Assembly: GCA_050012035.1 (NCBI GenBank)
Contig: JBEKHY010000005.1
Span: forward strand, 2,871 to 66,870
Source of the DNA: Verrucomicrobiota bacterium
GTDB taxonomy: Bacteria; Verrucomicrobiota; Verrucomicrobiia; Limisphaerales; UBA11358
Direction: 5' to 3'
DNA: 64,000 nucleotides
Of the stretch, positions 8,169-17,424 are shown one piece after another. The first letter of the stretch is position 1; each line of letters begins with the position of its first letter. The notes beneath the pieces were generated by a model. That model worked only from the letters and a program-made list of their open reading frames with translations, did not search any database and was not told where the DNA came from. The position numbers and the translations under genes were made by a program.

Positions 8169-9419
8169 TTGTTTTTCGTGAGTTTTGTCTCCGAGTTCAA
8201 TTCATTGCCAGCGCAGTCGCTGGCGCAAAAGTCGTTGGCGGCCGGCACATCGGCGGTGCGGGAAAGCCTCGCGAAATCCAAATTGTCGCTTGCGGATCTC
8301 GCGAACCTGATTTCGCCGGCGGCGGCCGAATTGCTGGAACACCTGGGCCGGCGGTCGCACGCGATGACGCAGCAGCGGTTCGGCAAGGTCATCCGGCTGT
8401 TCGTACCGCTCTACCTTTCCAACGAGTGCATCAACAACTGCCAATACTGCGGTTTCTCGCGCGACAACCCAATTCTGCGCGTGACGCTGTCGCTCGACGA
8501 AGTGCGGCGCGAAGCCGACGCACTACGCGAACAAGGCTTCCGCAATCTGCTGCTGGTTGCGGGCGAGCATCCCAAATTTGTTTCTCTGAATTACCTCAAG
8601 GATTGCGTTGCCGCGCTGCACCCAGATTGGCCCGGCATCTCGCTCGAAGTCGGGCCGATGGAAACCGCCGACTATGCGCCGCTGGTCGCGGCTGGCGCGG
8701 ATGGACTGGTGGTTTATCAGGAAACCTACGATCGCAAAGTTTATGCGGACATGCACACCGCCGGACCGAAACGGAATTTTGACTGGCGGCTGGAAACGCC
8801 GGAGCGCGCCTACGCGGCGGGTTTCCGGCGGTTGGGCATCAGCCCGCTTTACGGACTGGCCGACTGGCGGTTTGAAGCGATTTGTGTTGCCGCCCATGCG
8901 GATTTTCTGTTGCGCAATTGCTGGAAGGCGGCGGTGACGATTTCGCTGCCGCGGCTGCGTCCTTGTGCCGGTGAATTCCGGCCCCTCACGCACATGAGTG
9001 ACCGCGACCTGGCGCAACTGGTGTGCGCGTTTCGCCTGATGTTTCCCGATGTCGGGCTGGTGCTTTCGACGCGCGAATCGGCGAAACTGCGCGACGGTTT
9101 GCTTCCGCTGGGCGTGACGATGATGAGTGCGGGCAGCCACACGGAGCCGGGCGGTTACACCGGCGCAGGAAAAGAAAAGCTGCATCAAACCGTGCGCGGC
9201 CGGATCGTGGAACTGGCGTCCGGTGCACCTGTGTCGCCGAAGCTGCGAATCAGCGGCGAAGGCGCAAGCGAATGGGCATCCGCGCCGGAAAACGCAACGG
9301 CCGCCACCGGGCAATTCGAGATTGCCGACGGCCGTTCACCGCGGGAAGTGGCGGACTTGATCCGCAAACTCGGCTACGAGCCGGTGTGGAAGGATTGGGA
9401 CACGGCGCTGACGGCGTGA
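8169..9419 (+). CDS. thiH: 2-iminoacetate synthase (tyrosine lyase), radical SAM
   Basis: LYLSNECINNCQYCGFS (CxxxCxxC); C-terminal QFEIADGRSPREV...GYEPVWKDWD. A ThiS gene lies just downstream. The start is a TTG from the ORF track and is uncertain. Confidence 0.85.
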   Translation: MFFVSFVSEFNSLPAQSLAQKSLAAGTSAVRESLAKSKLSLADLANLISPAAAELLEHLGRRSHAMTQQRFGKVIRLFVPLYLSNECINNCQYCGFSRDNPILRVTLSLDEVRREADALREQGFRNLLLVAGEHPKFVSLNYLKDCVAALHPDWPGISLEVGPMETADYAPLVAAGADGLVVYQETYDRKVYADMHTAGPKRNFDWRLETPERAYAAGFRRLGISPLYGLADWRFEAICVAAHADFLLRNCWKAAVTISLPRLRPCAGEFRPLTHMSDRDLAQLVCAFRLMFPDVGLVLSTRESAKLRDGLLPLGVTMMSAGSHTEPGGYTGAGKEKLHQTVRGRIVELASGAPVSPKLRISGEGASEWASAPENATAATGQFEIADGRSPREVADLIRKLGYEPVWKDWDTALTA

Positions 9420-9426
9420 TTTGGGA

Positions 9427-9505
9427 GCATCGAACATCGAACTTCCAACGCCCAACGTTCAATGAACCGCCAATGCGTAAAAAATTGGATGTCCGATGCT
9501 CGATG
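9427..9505. repeat. Imperfect inverted repeat / REP-like element between thiH and thiS
   Basis: CATCGAACATCGAAC (9427-9441) pairs imperfectly (13/15) with GTCCGATGCTCGATG (9491-9505). It contains low-complexity ATCGAAC/CCAACG words. Confidence 0.45.
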
Positions 9506-9544
9506 TCGGTTGTTGAATGTTCATCAGGGAACAGATTTGAAATC

Positions 9545-9754
9545 GTGAGCGCACAGTCCATCATCGCCAACGGAAAGCCGGTTGAGGCAAAGCTGCCATG
9601 CTCGCTTGGGGAATTTCTGGTCGCGCAAAAGCTTTTGCCGCGCAGCGTGGTGGTGGAACACAACGGCGAGGCGGTCGCGCCTTCGGAATTCTCCCAACGC
9701 CAGCTCAAAGCCGGCGACCGGCTGGAAATCGTAAAAATCGTCGCCGGAGGTTGA
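9545..9754 (+). CDS. thiS: Sulfur-carrier protein ThiS
   Basis: About 70 aa ending in ...LEIVKIVAGG-stop (the C-terminal GG expected for ThiS). It follows thiH. The start is ambiguous (GTG 9545 or ATG 9503). Confidence 0.8.
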   Translation: MSAQSIIANGKPVEAKLPCSLGEFLVAQKLLPRSVVVEHNGEAVAPSEFSQRQLKAGDRLEIVKIVAGG

Positions 9755-9796
9755 GTCGCGCTTTGCGCTTTCGATTTAAGCGCACTGGTTTAAGCT

Positions 9797-10207
9797 GTGG
9801 CCACTATGGACTGGCTGACCAACCTGTTGTGGCATGACGGCAAACTGTTGGGCATTGATTGGAGCATATGGAAAGTCATCGGCTGGACGGGCAACGCGGT
9901 TTTCTTCACGCGCTTTTTCGTCCAGTGGTATGCAACGGAAAAAAAGAAGCGCGTCGTTGTGCCGACGGCGTTTTGGTGGTTGAGCCTGACTGGTTCGCTG
10001 CTGCTGCTGATATACTCGTTGCGGCAGCAGGATTCGGTATTTATTTTCGCTTATATCTTCACATGGATTCCCTATACACGGAATTTAATCATCCACTACC
10101 GCCACAAGAACGCGCACACAAATTGCCCCGGCTGCGGGAGGAGTTGTCCGCCGCAGTCGAACTTTTGTCCGAGCTGCGGCGCGAAACTGGCGGCGCCTAC
10201 TTCCTAG
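9797..10207 (+). CDS. LAB_N (lipid-A-disaccharide synthase N-terminal-like) membrane protein fused to a C-terminal zinc ribbon
   Basis: WKVIGWTGNAVFFTRFFVQWYATEKKKRVVVPTAFWWLSLTGSLLLLIYS matches the LAB_N pattern. The C-terminus is CPGCG...CPSCG. The ATG at 9806 is an alternative start. Confidence 0.65.
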   Translation: MATMDWLTNLLWHDGKLLGIDWSIWKVIGWTGNAVFFTRFFVQWYATEKKKRVVVPTAFWWLSLTGSLLLLIYSLRQQDSVFIFAYIFTWIPYTRNLIIHYRHKNAHTNCPGCGRSCPPQSNFCPSCGAKLAAPTS

Positions 10208-10541
10208 CCGGCGCGGCTGGCGCAGTTGGCGCGACCGGCGACGGATTGATGCCGTATTTTTGGAGGATGGGACGGAAATCAGCGTGTGTCTGGCCGTAGG
10301 CCACGAGCTGGTTCAGGAAGTTCTCCATGGCCGGCTGCCGCTGCTTGAACGGTTCGATAACTTGCGTCTTGATGGCTTGGATGTCCTTGCCTGCGACATT
10401 GGCCTGCCGGAACAGGTAAACGGTCAGCGTGCCGCTGACGACAATAAGCGCCAGCAACAGCGTGGAAACCTGCCGTTGCAAGGCGGCGACCTGCTCGCTC
10501 AATTCGGCGGGCGCGGGAGAATTCAGTTCGGGTTCATTCAT
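10197..10541 (-). CDS. Hypothetical single-pass membrane protein
   Basis: 114-aa ORF with one hydrophobic helix (LLLALIVVSGTLTVYLF) and non-shadow composition. Confidence 0.5.
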   Translation of the reverse strand: MNEPELNSPAPAELSEQVAALQRQVSTLLLALIVVSGTLTVYLFRQANVAGKDIQAIKTQVIEPFKQRQPAMENFLNQLVAYGQTHADFRPILQKYGINPSPVAPTAPAAPARK

Positions 10542-10546
10542 GGCGA

Positions 10547-10804
10547 TTAGCGAGTGGCGGGTTTGGGTTGGGCGGCGGTTGCCTGGGCAGATTGAAAGAT
10601 GCGGGTGAGCTCCGGATTTGGATTTTTTTGGCTATAGGCATACGCCTCATTGGCCAACGCTTGAATGCGCATGAGATTGGCGTTGTCCACGGTCGCCTGG
10701 ATTTGGAGTGTTCGGAATTCGCGCGTTCGGAAGATCGTTTGCAGTGCAAAGATTACGCCCAGCAGCGCGAGGACGCCCAGCACATAAGTCAGAATGGTAT
10801 TCAT
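10547..10804 (-). CDS. Hypothetical single-pass membrane protein
   Basis: I trimmed the start to the ATG at 10804 (MNTILTYVLGVLALLGVIFAL). It lies 5 nt upstream of the previous small membrane-protein gene and has the same architecture. Confidence 0.5.
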   Translation of the reverse strand: MNTILTYVLGVLALLGVIFALQTIFRTREFRTLQIQATVDNANLMRIQALANEAYAYSQKNPNPELTRIFQSAQATAAQPKPATR

Positions 10805-10929
10805 AGTTTCACATTTCATAATGAACGCCCAGACTGTAGCGGGTCTGCGGCAAATGTCCAATGCCTTTTTTAGCCGGAAAAGGGTTGATTTTAGATGGAA
10901 TATTTGGCATTGCTCGCCGGCTCATAATC

Positions 10930-11148
10930 GTGCCCAAAGAAGAACCAATCGAATTGACCGGCAACGTCAAGCAAGTGCTGCCGGGCACCATGTTTCGGGT
11001 TGCGCTGCCCAACGGCCATGAGGTGCTCGCGCACATTTCCGGCAAAATGCGGAAGAATTTCATCCGCATCAGCGTCGGCGACAAGGTCAACGTCGAGATG
11101 TCGCCCTACGATTTGAACAAGGCGCGCATCACCTACCGGCACAGTTAA
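10930..11148 (+). CDS. infA: Translation initiation factor IF-1
   Basis: 72 aa from the GTG at 10930: [69 protein letters not shown]. Confidence 0.9.
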   Translation: MPKEEPIELTGNVKQVLPGTMFRVALPNGHEVLAHISGKMRKNFIRISVGDKVNVEMSPYDLNKARITYRHS

Positions 11149-11225
11149 ACGTGTTGCGTATGACGTCAAGTATTCGACGACAGATCAACCCGGTTGCTTG
11201 ACGCCACCCGCAACACGATTGTCCC

Positions 11226-12620
11226 ATGCGAATCCATTTCTTCGGCGCGACGCGCACGACGACCGGCTCGATGTATCTGTTCGAGGTCAACGGCCGGCGG
11301 TTGTTGCTCGAATGCGGCCTGTTCCAGGGCCGCCGCGAGGAGTCCATCCAGCGCAATTGCTGCTTTCCCTTCGACCCGAAACAGGTGGACGCCGTGGTGT
11401 TGAGTCACGCGCACATTGATCACGCGGGCAATCTGCCGAACCTTTGCAAACAGGGCTACGCCGGCAACATTTACTGCACGTTTGCCACGCGTGACCTGTC
11501 CGGCATCATGCTGGTGGACTCCGCGCAAATCCAAAAGGATGACGCGGCCTTTGTCTCCAAAAAACGCGCGAAGCATAAGCTGCCGCCGGTCGAACCGCTT
11601 TATTCCGACGTGGACGCCGAGAAGGCCCTCCAGCAATTCGTCGCCTTTAATTATAACCGGCCTTTCCCGGTGCTCGAGGGCGTGACGGTCACGTTCCGCG
11701 ACGCCGGCCACATCCTCGGTTCGGCCCAGGTGGTTTTGGACCTCCGGGAAGGCGGACGGGAATTCCGTTACCTGTTTAGCGGTGACGTAGGGCGTGGCGA
11801 CGACGAAATCCTCCGCGACCCGGAGACGGTCGAAAACGTGGATTACCTGCAAATTGAATCCACCTACGGCGGACGCGAACATTCCGTCCGCACGGACGCC
11901 GACGAAACCGTGGGCCGGCTGGTGCTGGAAACCCTGAAACAAAATGGAAAGGTCATCATCCCGGCGTTTTCCGTCGGACGCACGCAGCAGATCGTTTATG
12001 TGCTGAACCAGCTCACGCTAGCCGGGAAACTGCCGCGCGTGCCAATTTTCGTGGACAGCCCGTTGAGCGTGAACGCCACGGAGATTTACCGCCTGCACCC
12101 GGAATGTTTCAACGAAGCGATCAACAAATTCCTGCACGAAAAAGCGAATCCGTTCGGCATGGAAAACCTGACCTACATCCGCGAAGTCGCCAATTCGATG
12201 AAACTCAACGATCTCAAAGAACCGGCCATTATCATCAGCGCGTCGGGCATGTGCGAAGCCGGGCGCATCCGGCATCATCTCAAGAACCACATCGGCGACC
12301 CACAGAACCTGATTTTATTCATCGGTTACTGCGCGGAACACACACTGGGCGCGCAAATTGTGGCCGGGCAAAATCCGGTGAACATTTTCGGCGAACCGCA
12401 GGCGGTGCGCGCCAAAATCATTTCGCTCGACACCTATTCCGGGCACGCCGACAAGAATGAATTGAAGCGGTACGTCGAAAGAATCTCCGGCAGCCTAAAG
12501 AAAATCTGCTGCGTTCATGGTGAGGAATCGCAATGCCTGGCCAACGCAGAAACGCTCCGCAAAATGAAACCGAAGGCTGAAGTGCTCGTGCCGGAATACA
12601 AACAGGTGGTTTCAGTTTGA
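11226..12620 (+). CDS. MBL-fold / beta-CASP metallo-hydrolase (RNA-processing nuclease type)
   Basis: HAHIDHAGNLP metal motif, a beta-CASP-sized insert, and a C-terminal YSGHADKNEL motif. Confidence 0.8.
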   Translation: MRIHFFGATRTTTGSMYLFEVNGRRLLLECGLFQGRREESIQRNCCFPFDPKQVDAVVLSHAHIDHAGNLPNLCKQGYAGNIYCTFATRDLSGIMLVDSAQIQKDDAAFVSKKRAKHKLPPVEPLYSDVDAEKALQQFVAFNYNRPFPVLEGVTVTFRDAGHILGSAQVVLDLREGGREFRYLFSGDVGRGDDEILRDPETVENVDYLQIESTYGGREHSVRTDADETVGRLVLETLKQNGKVIIPAFSVGRTQQIVYVLNQLTLAGKLPRVPIFVDSPLSVNATEIYRLHPECFNEAINKFLHEKANPFGMENLTYIREVANSMKLNDLKEPAIIISASGMCEAGRIRHHLKNHIGDPQNLILFIGYCAEHTLGAQIVAGQNPVNIFGEPQAVRAKIISLDTYSGHADKNELKRYVERISGSLKKICCVHGEESQCLANAETLRKMKPKAEVLVPEYKQVVSV

Positions 12621-12899
12621 CAAACGCCGTATTCGCCAAACGCCAGGTCTTTGTTTGGCCTTGTCCTGTAGCCGATTCCCCGGCATCGTGCTGCCGCGCC
12701 GGAACGAGATGGATACGCTCGCTTGGGCTTCAAGCTCACTGCCGCTGCCAATTCCCAAGGCCCGGAGTGCGGAATAGACGGACCGTATCGGACAGGATGC
12801 CGACACATCAAGAGCTTGCGCCAGCTGAGGAAACGGGCATTTTCTTCATTCAAAAAGCTCGTGCTTTCACGACACGCAACACACTATCAGCAAGGAACA

Positions 12900-13436
12900 A
12901 TGATGCAGATACTGAATCGGCAGGTTGAGTTCACAACCCCCTGGTTTGAAATAGTGGCCAAGCGAACGCCGGGTGATTCGGCGCCCTACTATGCGCTGCG
13001 GATGCAGGACTACATAACGGTTGTTGCCCTGACAAACCAAAACGACCTGATTCTCGTGCGGCAATTCCGGCCAGCGGTGGAGCGATACACGCTGGAGTTG
13101 CCCAGTGGACACGTGGAAAAAGGCGAGACGCCGGCGGACGCAGCCCGGCGTGAACTGGCAGAGGAATGCGGATTTGACGCTCCGAAGGTGGAACTGCTGG
13201 GAGCCTTGTTGAGCGACACCGGACGTAACGAGAACCGGCTTTGGTGCTGCTTCGCGCCGGCGGTTTCACCCTTGGGCGCAGATTATGTGCCCGAACCAGG
13301 CGTGGAGCGAATTCTTGTGCCCCGGGCGAAGCTGCCGGAATTGATTGCCAGCGCCGAGTTTGACCATGCCCTCAATCTGGCCGCGCTCATGATGGTTGTA
13401 GTGAAATATGGCCACGAACTTTTAGCCTTGAAGTAA
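12900..13436 (+). CDS. NUDIX hydrolase
   Basis: NUDIX box GHVEKGETPADAARRELAEECG. The start was set at the ATG at 12900 (MMQILNRQVEF). Confidence 0.8.
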   Translation: MMQILNRQVEFTTPWFEIVAKRTPGDSAPYYALRMQDYITVVALTNQNDLILVRQFRPAVERYTLELPSGHVEKGETPADAARRELAEECGFDAPKVELLGALLSDTGRNENRLWCCFAPAVSPLGADYVPEPGVERILVPRAKLPELIASAEFDHALNLAALMMVVVKYGHELLALK

Positions 13437-13465
13437 CAAGCGAGGGACGCCATCTTTGGGAACGC

Positions 13466-14650
13466 TTGAAATCCAGATATAATGTTGCCGTCGTCGGTGG
13501 AGCTGGCCACGTCGGCGTCCCTCTCTCATTGGTGCTCGCTGACCGCGGGTTGCGCACGTTGATCTACGATATTAACCAAGCTGCCCTAGAGGAGCTTCAG
13601 GCAGGACGCCTGCCCTTCATTGAAGAAGGCGGCAGGGCCTTGCTGCACAAAGCACTCAAGGCGGGGATGCTTGGATTCTCCCAGGCCCCGGCGGACTTGC
13701 GCGGGATTCCGGCTGTTGTTCTCACCATTGGCACGCCGATTGATGAGTTCCATAACCCCAACTTCAGTCTGCTCACCCATGCCGTGGATGCGCTTTTGCC
13801 GCATCTCGCACCTGGCCAGACGATTATTCTCCGCTCGACGGTGGCGCCGGGCGTGACGGATTTTCTCGACCGTTACCTTCGGAAGCGTGGTTCCAAGGTC
13901 GGCCTGGCGTTTTGTCCGGAGCGCGTAGTGCAGGGCAAGGGCGTCACGGAAATCCAAAGCATCCCGCAATTCGTAACGGCAACCTCACCCCGGGCCTTGA
14001 AAGTTGCCCGCGGCTTGTTTTCAAAGATTTCGCCGCTGGTCATTGAGATGACTCCGCGCGAAGCCGAATTCGGAAAACTGATCTGCAATACCTTTCGTTA
14101 CATCAACTTCGCCGCGACCAACCAGCTCTACATGATGTGCGCGCAGGCCGGGATTGATTATCTCGAGTTGCTCAAAAAGATGAAGTGCGGATACCCGCGC
14201 ATGGCTTATATCCCCGGCCCGGGTTTTGCCGCCGGGCCGTGCCTGATGAAGGATACGATGCAATTATTCGCTTTTGGCCGGCACAACTTCCCGCTCGGCC
14301 AGATGGCCATGACGATCAACGAGGGCCTGCCCAATTTCCTGGTCGATCAGTTGCGCCGCAAAACGAAATTGAAAGGGAAAAGGGTGGGCATCCTGGGCAT
14401 GGCGTTCAAAGCCGAGTCCGACGACATCCGGGATTCGCTCTCCTACAAGCTGGGCAAGATTCTGCGATTCGAGGGCGCCGAGGTGATCTACTCCGACGAA
14501 TATGTCAAGGATCCGACGTTCATCACGAAAGAGGGGCTTTGCCGCCAGGCCGAAATAATTATCGTAGGCGTGCCGCACAAGGCGTACCGGACGCTGAAAA
14601 TCCCGAAATCAGTCACGGTCGTCGATCTCTGGGGGATATTTCGTGGCTGA
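13466..14650 (+). CDS. Nucleotide-sugar 6-dehydrogenase (UDP-glucose/GDP-mannose dehydrogenase family)
   Basis: N-terminal Rossmann motif VAVVGGAGHVG, central catalytic region (GFAAGPCLMKD) and a C-terminal UDP-binding-type domain (ILGMAFKAESDDIRDS). Confidence 0.8.
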   Translation: MKSRYNVAVVGGAGHVGVPLSLVLADRGLRTLIYDINQAALEELQAGRLPFIEEGGRALLHKALKAGMLGFSQAPADLRGIPAVVLTIGTPIDEFHNPNFSLLTHAVDALLPHLAPGQTIILRSTVAPGVTDFLDRYLRKRGSKVGLAFCPERVVQGKGVTEIQSIPQFVTATSPRALKVARGLFSKISPLVIEMTPREAEFGKLICNTFRYINFAATNQLYMMCAQAGIDYLELLKKMKCGYPRMAYIPGPGFAAGPCLMKDTMQLFAFGRHNFPLGQMAMTINEGLPNFLVDQLRRKTKLKGKRVGILGMAFKAESDDIRDSLSYKLGKILRFEGAEVIYSDEYVKDPTFITKEGLCRQAEIIIVGVPHKAYRTLKIPKSVTVVDLWGIFRG

Positions 14651-14674
14651 CCTGATCTGGAGCTTGCCGCGAAC

Positions 14675-15682
14675 ATGAAAGCCGCCATCAAAGCAATCAG
14701 CTATTATCTGCCTCCCCGGATTGAAACCAACCTTGAGATCAGCCGGGAATTTCCGGAGTGGTCGGCGGACAAAATCGCGGAGAAGACCGGCATTTTTGAG
14801 CGCCACATCGCTGACGAAGGCGTCTGCGCCTCAGACATGGGCGCTGAGAGCGCTAAACTGCTTTTCACAGAACACGGGATCGATCCCCACGACGTTGATT
14901 TTATCCTCTTTTGCACGCAAAGCCCGGATTATTTCCTCCCCACCACGGCGTGCCTTTTGCAGGATCGTTTGGGTATTCCTCAGACTGCGGGGGCCTTGGA
15001 TTTCAACCTGGGCTGTTCGGGCTATGTGTACGGCCTCGCATTGGCTGCGGGTTTGGTGGAAACCCGTCAGGCGCGGAGTGTGCTGCTCATCACCGCCGAA
15101 ACGTACAGCAAATTCATCTCGCCGGAAGACAAGACGGTGCGCTCACTTTTTGGCGACGCCGCCGCGGCCACGCTGGTGGCGGCGTCCGAGACGGGTTCGG
15201 TCGGTCCGTTTGTTTTCGGAACCGATGGACGCGGCGGCGAACACCTCATCGTCAAGACCGGTGGCCTGCGCCATCGCCAGGCAGCCGCAGGAAAAGCCGC
15301 GGTGGTGGACGAATTCGGCAATGTCCGCCGTGATAACTGTCTTTACATGAATGGCCCGGAGATACTTGTCTTCACCTTGCGCATCGTGCCCCAAGTGGTT
15401 GCCTCCCTGCGTCAAAAAAGCGGGCTGACGGAAGATCAGGTTGACCATTACATTTTTCACCAGGCAAACAAATACATGCTTGATCTGCTCCGCAAAAAAC
15501 TGAAGATTCCGCCTGAGAAATTCTGCGAGCATCTCGCGGGTTGCGGCAATACGGTCTCTTCAACCATCCCGATCGCCCTTTACCACTCGCTCAAGGCGGG
15601 CAGGATTCGCGAGTCCAACCGGGTCATGCTGGTAGGTTTTGGAGTTGGGTTGTCGTGGGCCGGGTGTATGATTCAATTGTAA
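14675..15682 (+). CDS. 3-oxoacyl-ACP synthase III (FabH-like KAS III)
   Basis: Cys-His-Asn triad contexts: LGCSGYVYGL, IFHQANKYM, GNTVSSTIP. Confidence 0.85.
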   Translation: MKAAIKAISYYLPPRIETNLEISREFPEWSADKIAEKTGIFERHIADEGVCASDMGAESAKLLFTEHGIDPHDVDFILFCTQSPDYFLPTTACLLQDRLGIPQTAGALDFNLGCSGYVYGLALAAGLVETRQARSVLLITAETYSKFISPEDKTVRSLFGDAAAATLVAASETGSVGPFVFGTDGRGGEHLIVKTGGLRHRQAAAGKAAVVDEFGNVRRDNCLYMNGPEILVFTLRIVPQVVASLRQKSGLTEDQVDHYIFHQANKYMLDLLRKKLKIPPEKFCEHLAGCGNTVSSTIPIALYHSLKAGRIRESNRVMLVGFGVGLSWAGCMIQL

Positions 15683-15707
15683 ACGTGAACCGTAAAATTG
15701 AAACAAC

Positions 15708-15941
15708 ATGAACATTGATGATTTTGTGCGGCATTTTGAGGGCGCGGTGGACGATGTCGCGGCAGGCTCGCTTAACCCGCAAACAAGGTTTCGAGACCTC
15801 TCACAGTGGAGTTCGCTGGTCGCGCTCAACATCATTGCCATGGTGGATACCGAGTATGGCGTTGAACTGTCGGTGGAAGAACTCAGGAAGTGTCAAAGCA
15901 TTGAGGAGCTTTTCCAACTCTTGTCTGGGAAGAAGAAATAG
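15708..15941 (+). CDS. Acyl carrier protein (dedicated, polysaccharide-locus type)
   Basis: 77 aa. Helical carrier-protein pattern with a candidate phosphopantetheine serine in DLSQWSSLVALNIIAMVD. It sits between KAS III and a ketoreductase-type SDR. Confidence 0.6.
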   Translation: MNIDDFVRHFEGAVDDVAAGSLNPQTRFRDLSQWSSLVALNIIAMVDTEYGVELSVEELRKCQSIEELFQLLSGKKK

Positions 15942-15987
15942 TCTTCCTCGCGAGAGATAAACGCGCGCCATTCATCGCCGAAAAAAG

Positions 15988-16734
15988 ATGAACAATCCGT
16001 TCGAGTTGACGGGCAGGACAATTCTGGTCACCGGTGCATCTTCCGGAATCGGACGGCAATGTTGTCTTGCAATTGCGGCGAACGGCGGAACGGTGGTGGC
16101 CACCGGGCGCAGCCGCGAACGCCTGAGCGAGACGTTACGATCACTGCCGGGTGATTCCCATGCGGGATTCCCGGCGGATTTGACCCGGGCAGAAGAGCTC
16201 GACAAATTGGTGCAGCAGATGCCGCAACTTGATGGCATCGTCCACGCTGCCGGTGTACAAAAGTATCTCCCCCTCAAGTTCATTTCTGGCCAGGCCCTGC
16301 GGGAAATGCTGCTGGTGAATTATGAAGCTCCAGTGCTTCTGACACAAAGTCTGCTTAAGCACAAGGCGCTCCGTTCCGGCGCTTCCATTCTTTTTATCTC
16401 CTCACTGGCGGGCTTGACGGCGGTGTGCGGCAACGCGATTTACAGCGGAACGAAAGCGGCCCTGATGGCCTCCGCCAGAGTCATGGCGCTGGAACTTGCC
16501 CCCCAGCGCATGCGGGTAAATTGCATAGCCCCAGGTATGGTCAGAACGCCCATGGCGCAGCAAATGGCTACCGTGGTTTCGGCGGAGCAAATGGCCGCAC
16601 ACGAGAAACTCTATCCCTTGGGCTTCGGACGGCCCGAAGACGTGGCCAACGTCGGGGTGTTTCTCCTTTCAGACGCCAGTCGGTGGATTACCGGGCAGAC
16701 GCTGATAATCGACGGCGGATTCAGTTGCCAATGA
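15988..16734 (+). CDS. Short-chain dehydrogenase/reductase (FabG-like ketoacyl reductase)
   Basis: TGASSGIGRQ cofactor motif and YSGTKAAL catalytic YxxxK. Confidence 0.8.
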   Translation: MNNPFELTGRTILVTGASSGIGRQCCLAIAANGGTVVATGRSRERLSETLRSLPGDSHAGFPADLTRAEELDKLVQQMPQLDGIVHAAGVQKYLPLKFISGQALREMLLVNYEAPVLLTQSLLKHKALRSGASILFISSLAGLTAVCGNAIYSGTKAALMASARVMALELAPQRMRVNCIAPGMVRTPMAQQMATVVSAEQMAAHEKLYPLGFGRPEDVANVGVFLLSDASRWITGQTLIIDGGFSCQ

Positions 16735-16836
16735 GTAATTGTTGCAACAAACCTATGGAATGTAGCGGCCGGATCACGCTCATGCCTGATGAGCGCAGTC
16801 CAATGGGGTTGAGTGCGGCCTGCCGCAAATTGGTTT

Positions 16837-17397
16837 ATGACGGAGAACCTTTTTTTTGAACTGAAGGACCTGGCCTACCTTGGCCGGAATGCCCGTGTCG
16901 GCCAGTGCGTGCGCGTCCGGCGTCCGGAGTTGGTGCGAATCGGAGCATTCACGATCATTGACGACTTCACCTACATTTCCGGCGGCTTTGAGATTGGCCG
17001 GTTTGGCCACATTGCGCCTAATGTGAGTCTAGTGGGCGCCCGCGGAACGATCCGGGCAGGTGATTTTGTCGGGGTCGCTGCCGGAAGTTGCGTTTATGCT
17101 TCAAGTTCCGACTACAGCGAAGTCTCGCTGGACCTGCCTGGCGTGCCACCGGAATTTCAATTTGGTGGCACGACCGAGGACGTGGTGCTGGGAGACCATG
17201 TGCTGCTGGGCAGCCATACCGTAGTGCTGCCCGGCGTCGTGCTGCCGGAAGGAGTCGCAACGGCTGCCCACACTGTGCTCAGAAAACGGCAATACCAACC
17301 GTGGACGCTGTACGGCGGTTTGGACGGCAAACCGCTAGTGCGACGCGCTCATGGTCGTCTTGATGAAACCGTGGCGCGCCTGAAAGCATTCAAATGA
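16837..17397 (+). CDS. Left-handed beta-helix (hexapeptide) acyltransferase
   Basis: Repeated hexapeptide-like turns (IGAFTIIDDFTYISGG, VGVAAGSCVYA, VVLGDHVLLGSHTVVLPGVVLPEGV). The start is ATG 16837 or 16813. Confidence 0.7.
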   Translation: MTENLFFELKDLAYLGRNARVGQCVRVRRPELVRIGAFTIIDDFTYISGGFEIGRFGHIAPNVSLVGARGTIRAGDFVGVAAGSCVYASSSDYSEVSLDLPGVPPEFQFGGTTEDVVLGDHVLLGSHTVVLPGVVLPEGVATAAHTVLRKRQYQPWTLYGGLDGKPLVRRAHGRLDETVARLKAFK

Positions 17398-17424
17398 AAA
17401 AGGCATTCTGATTTCGAGACCACC

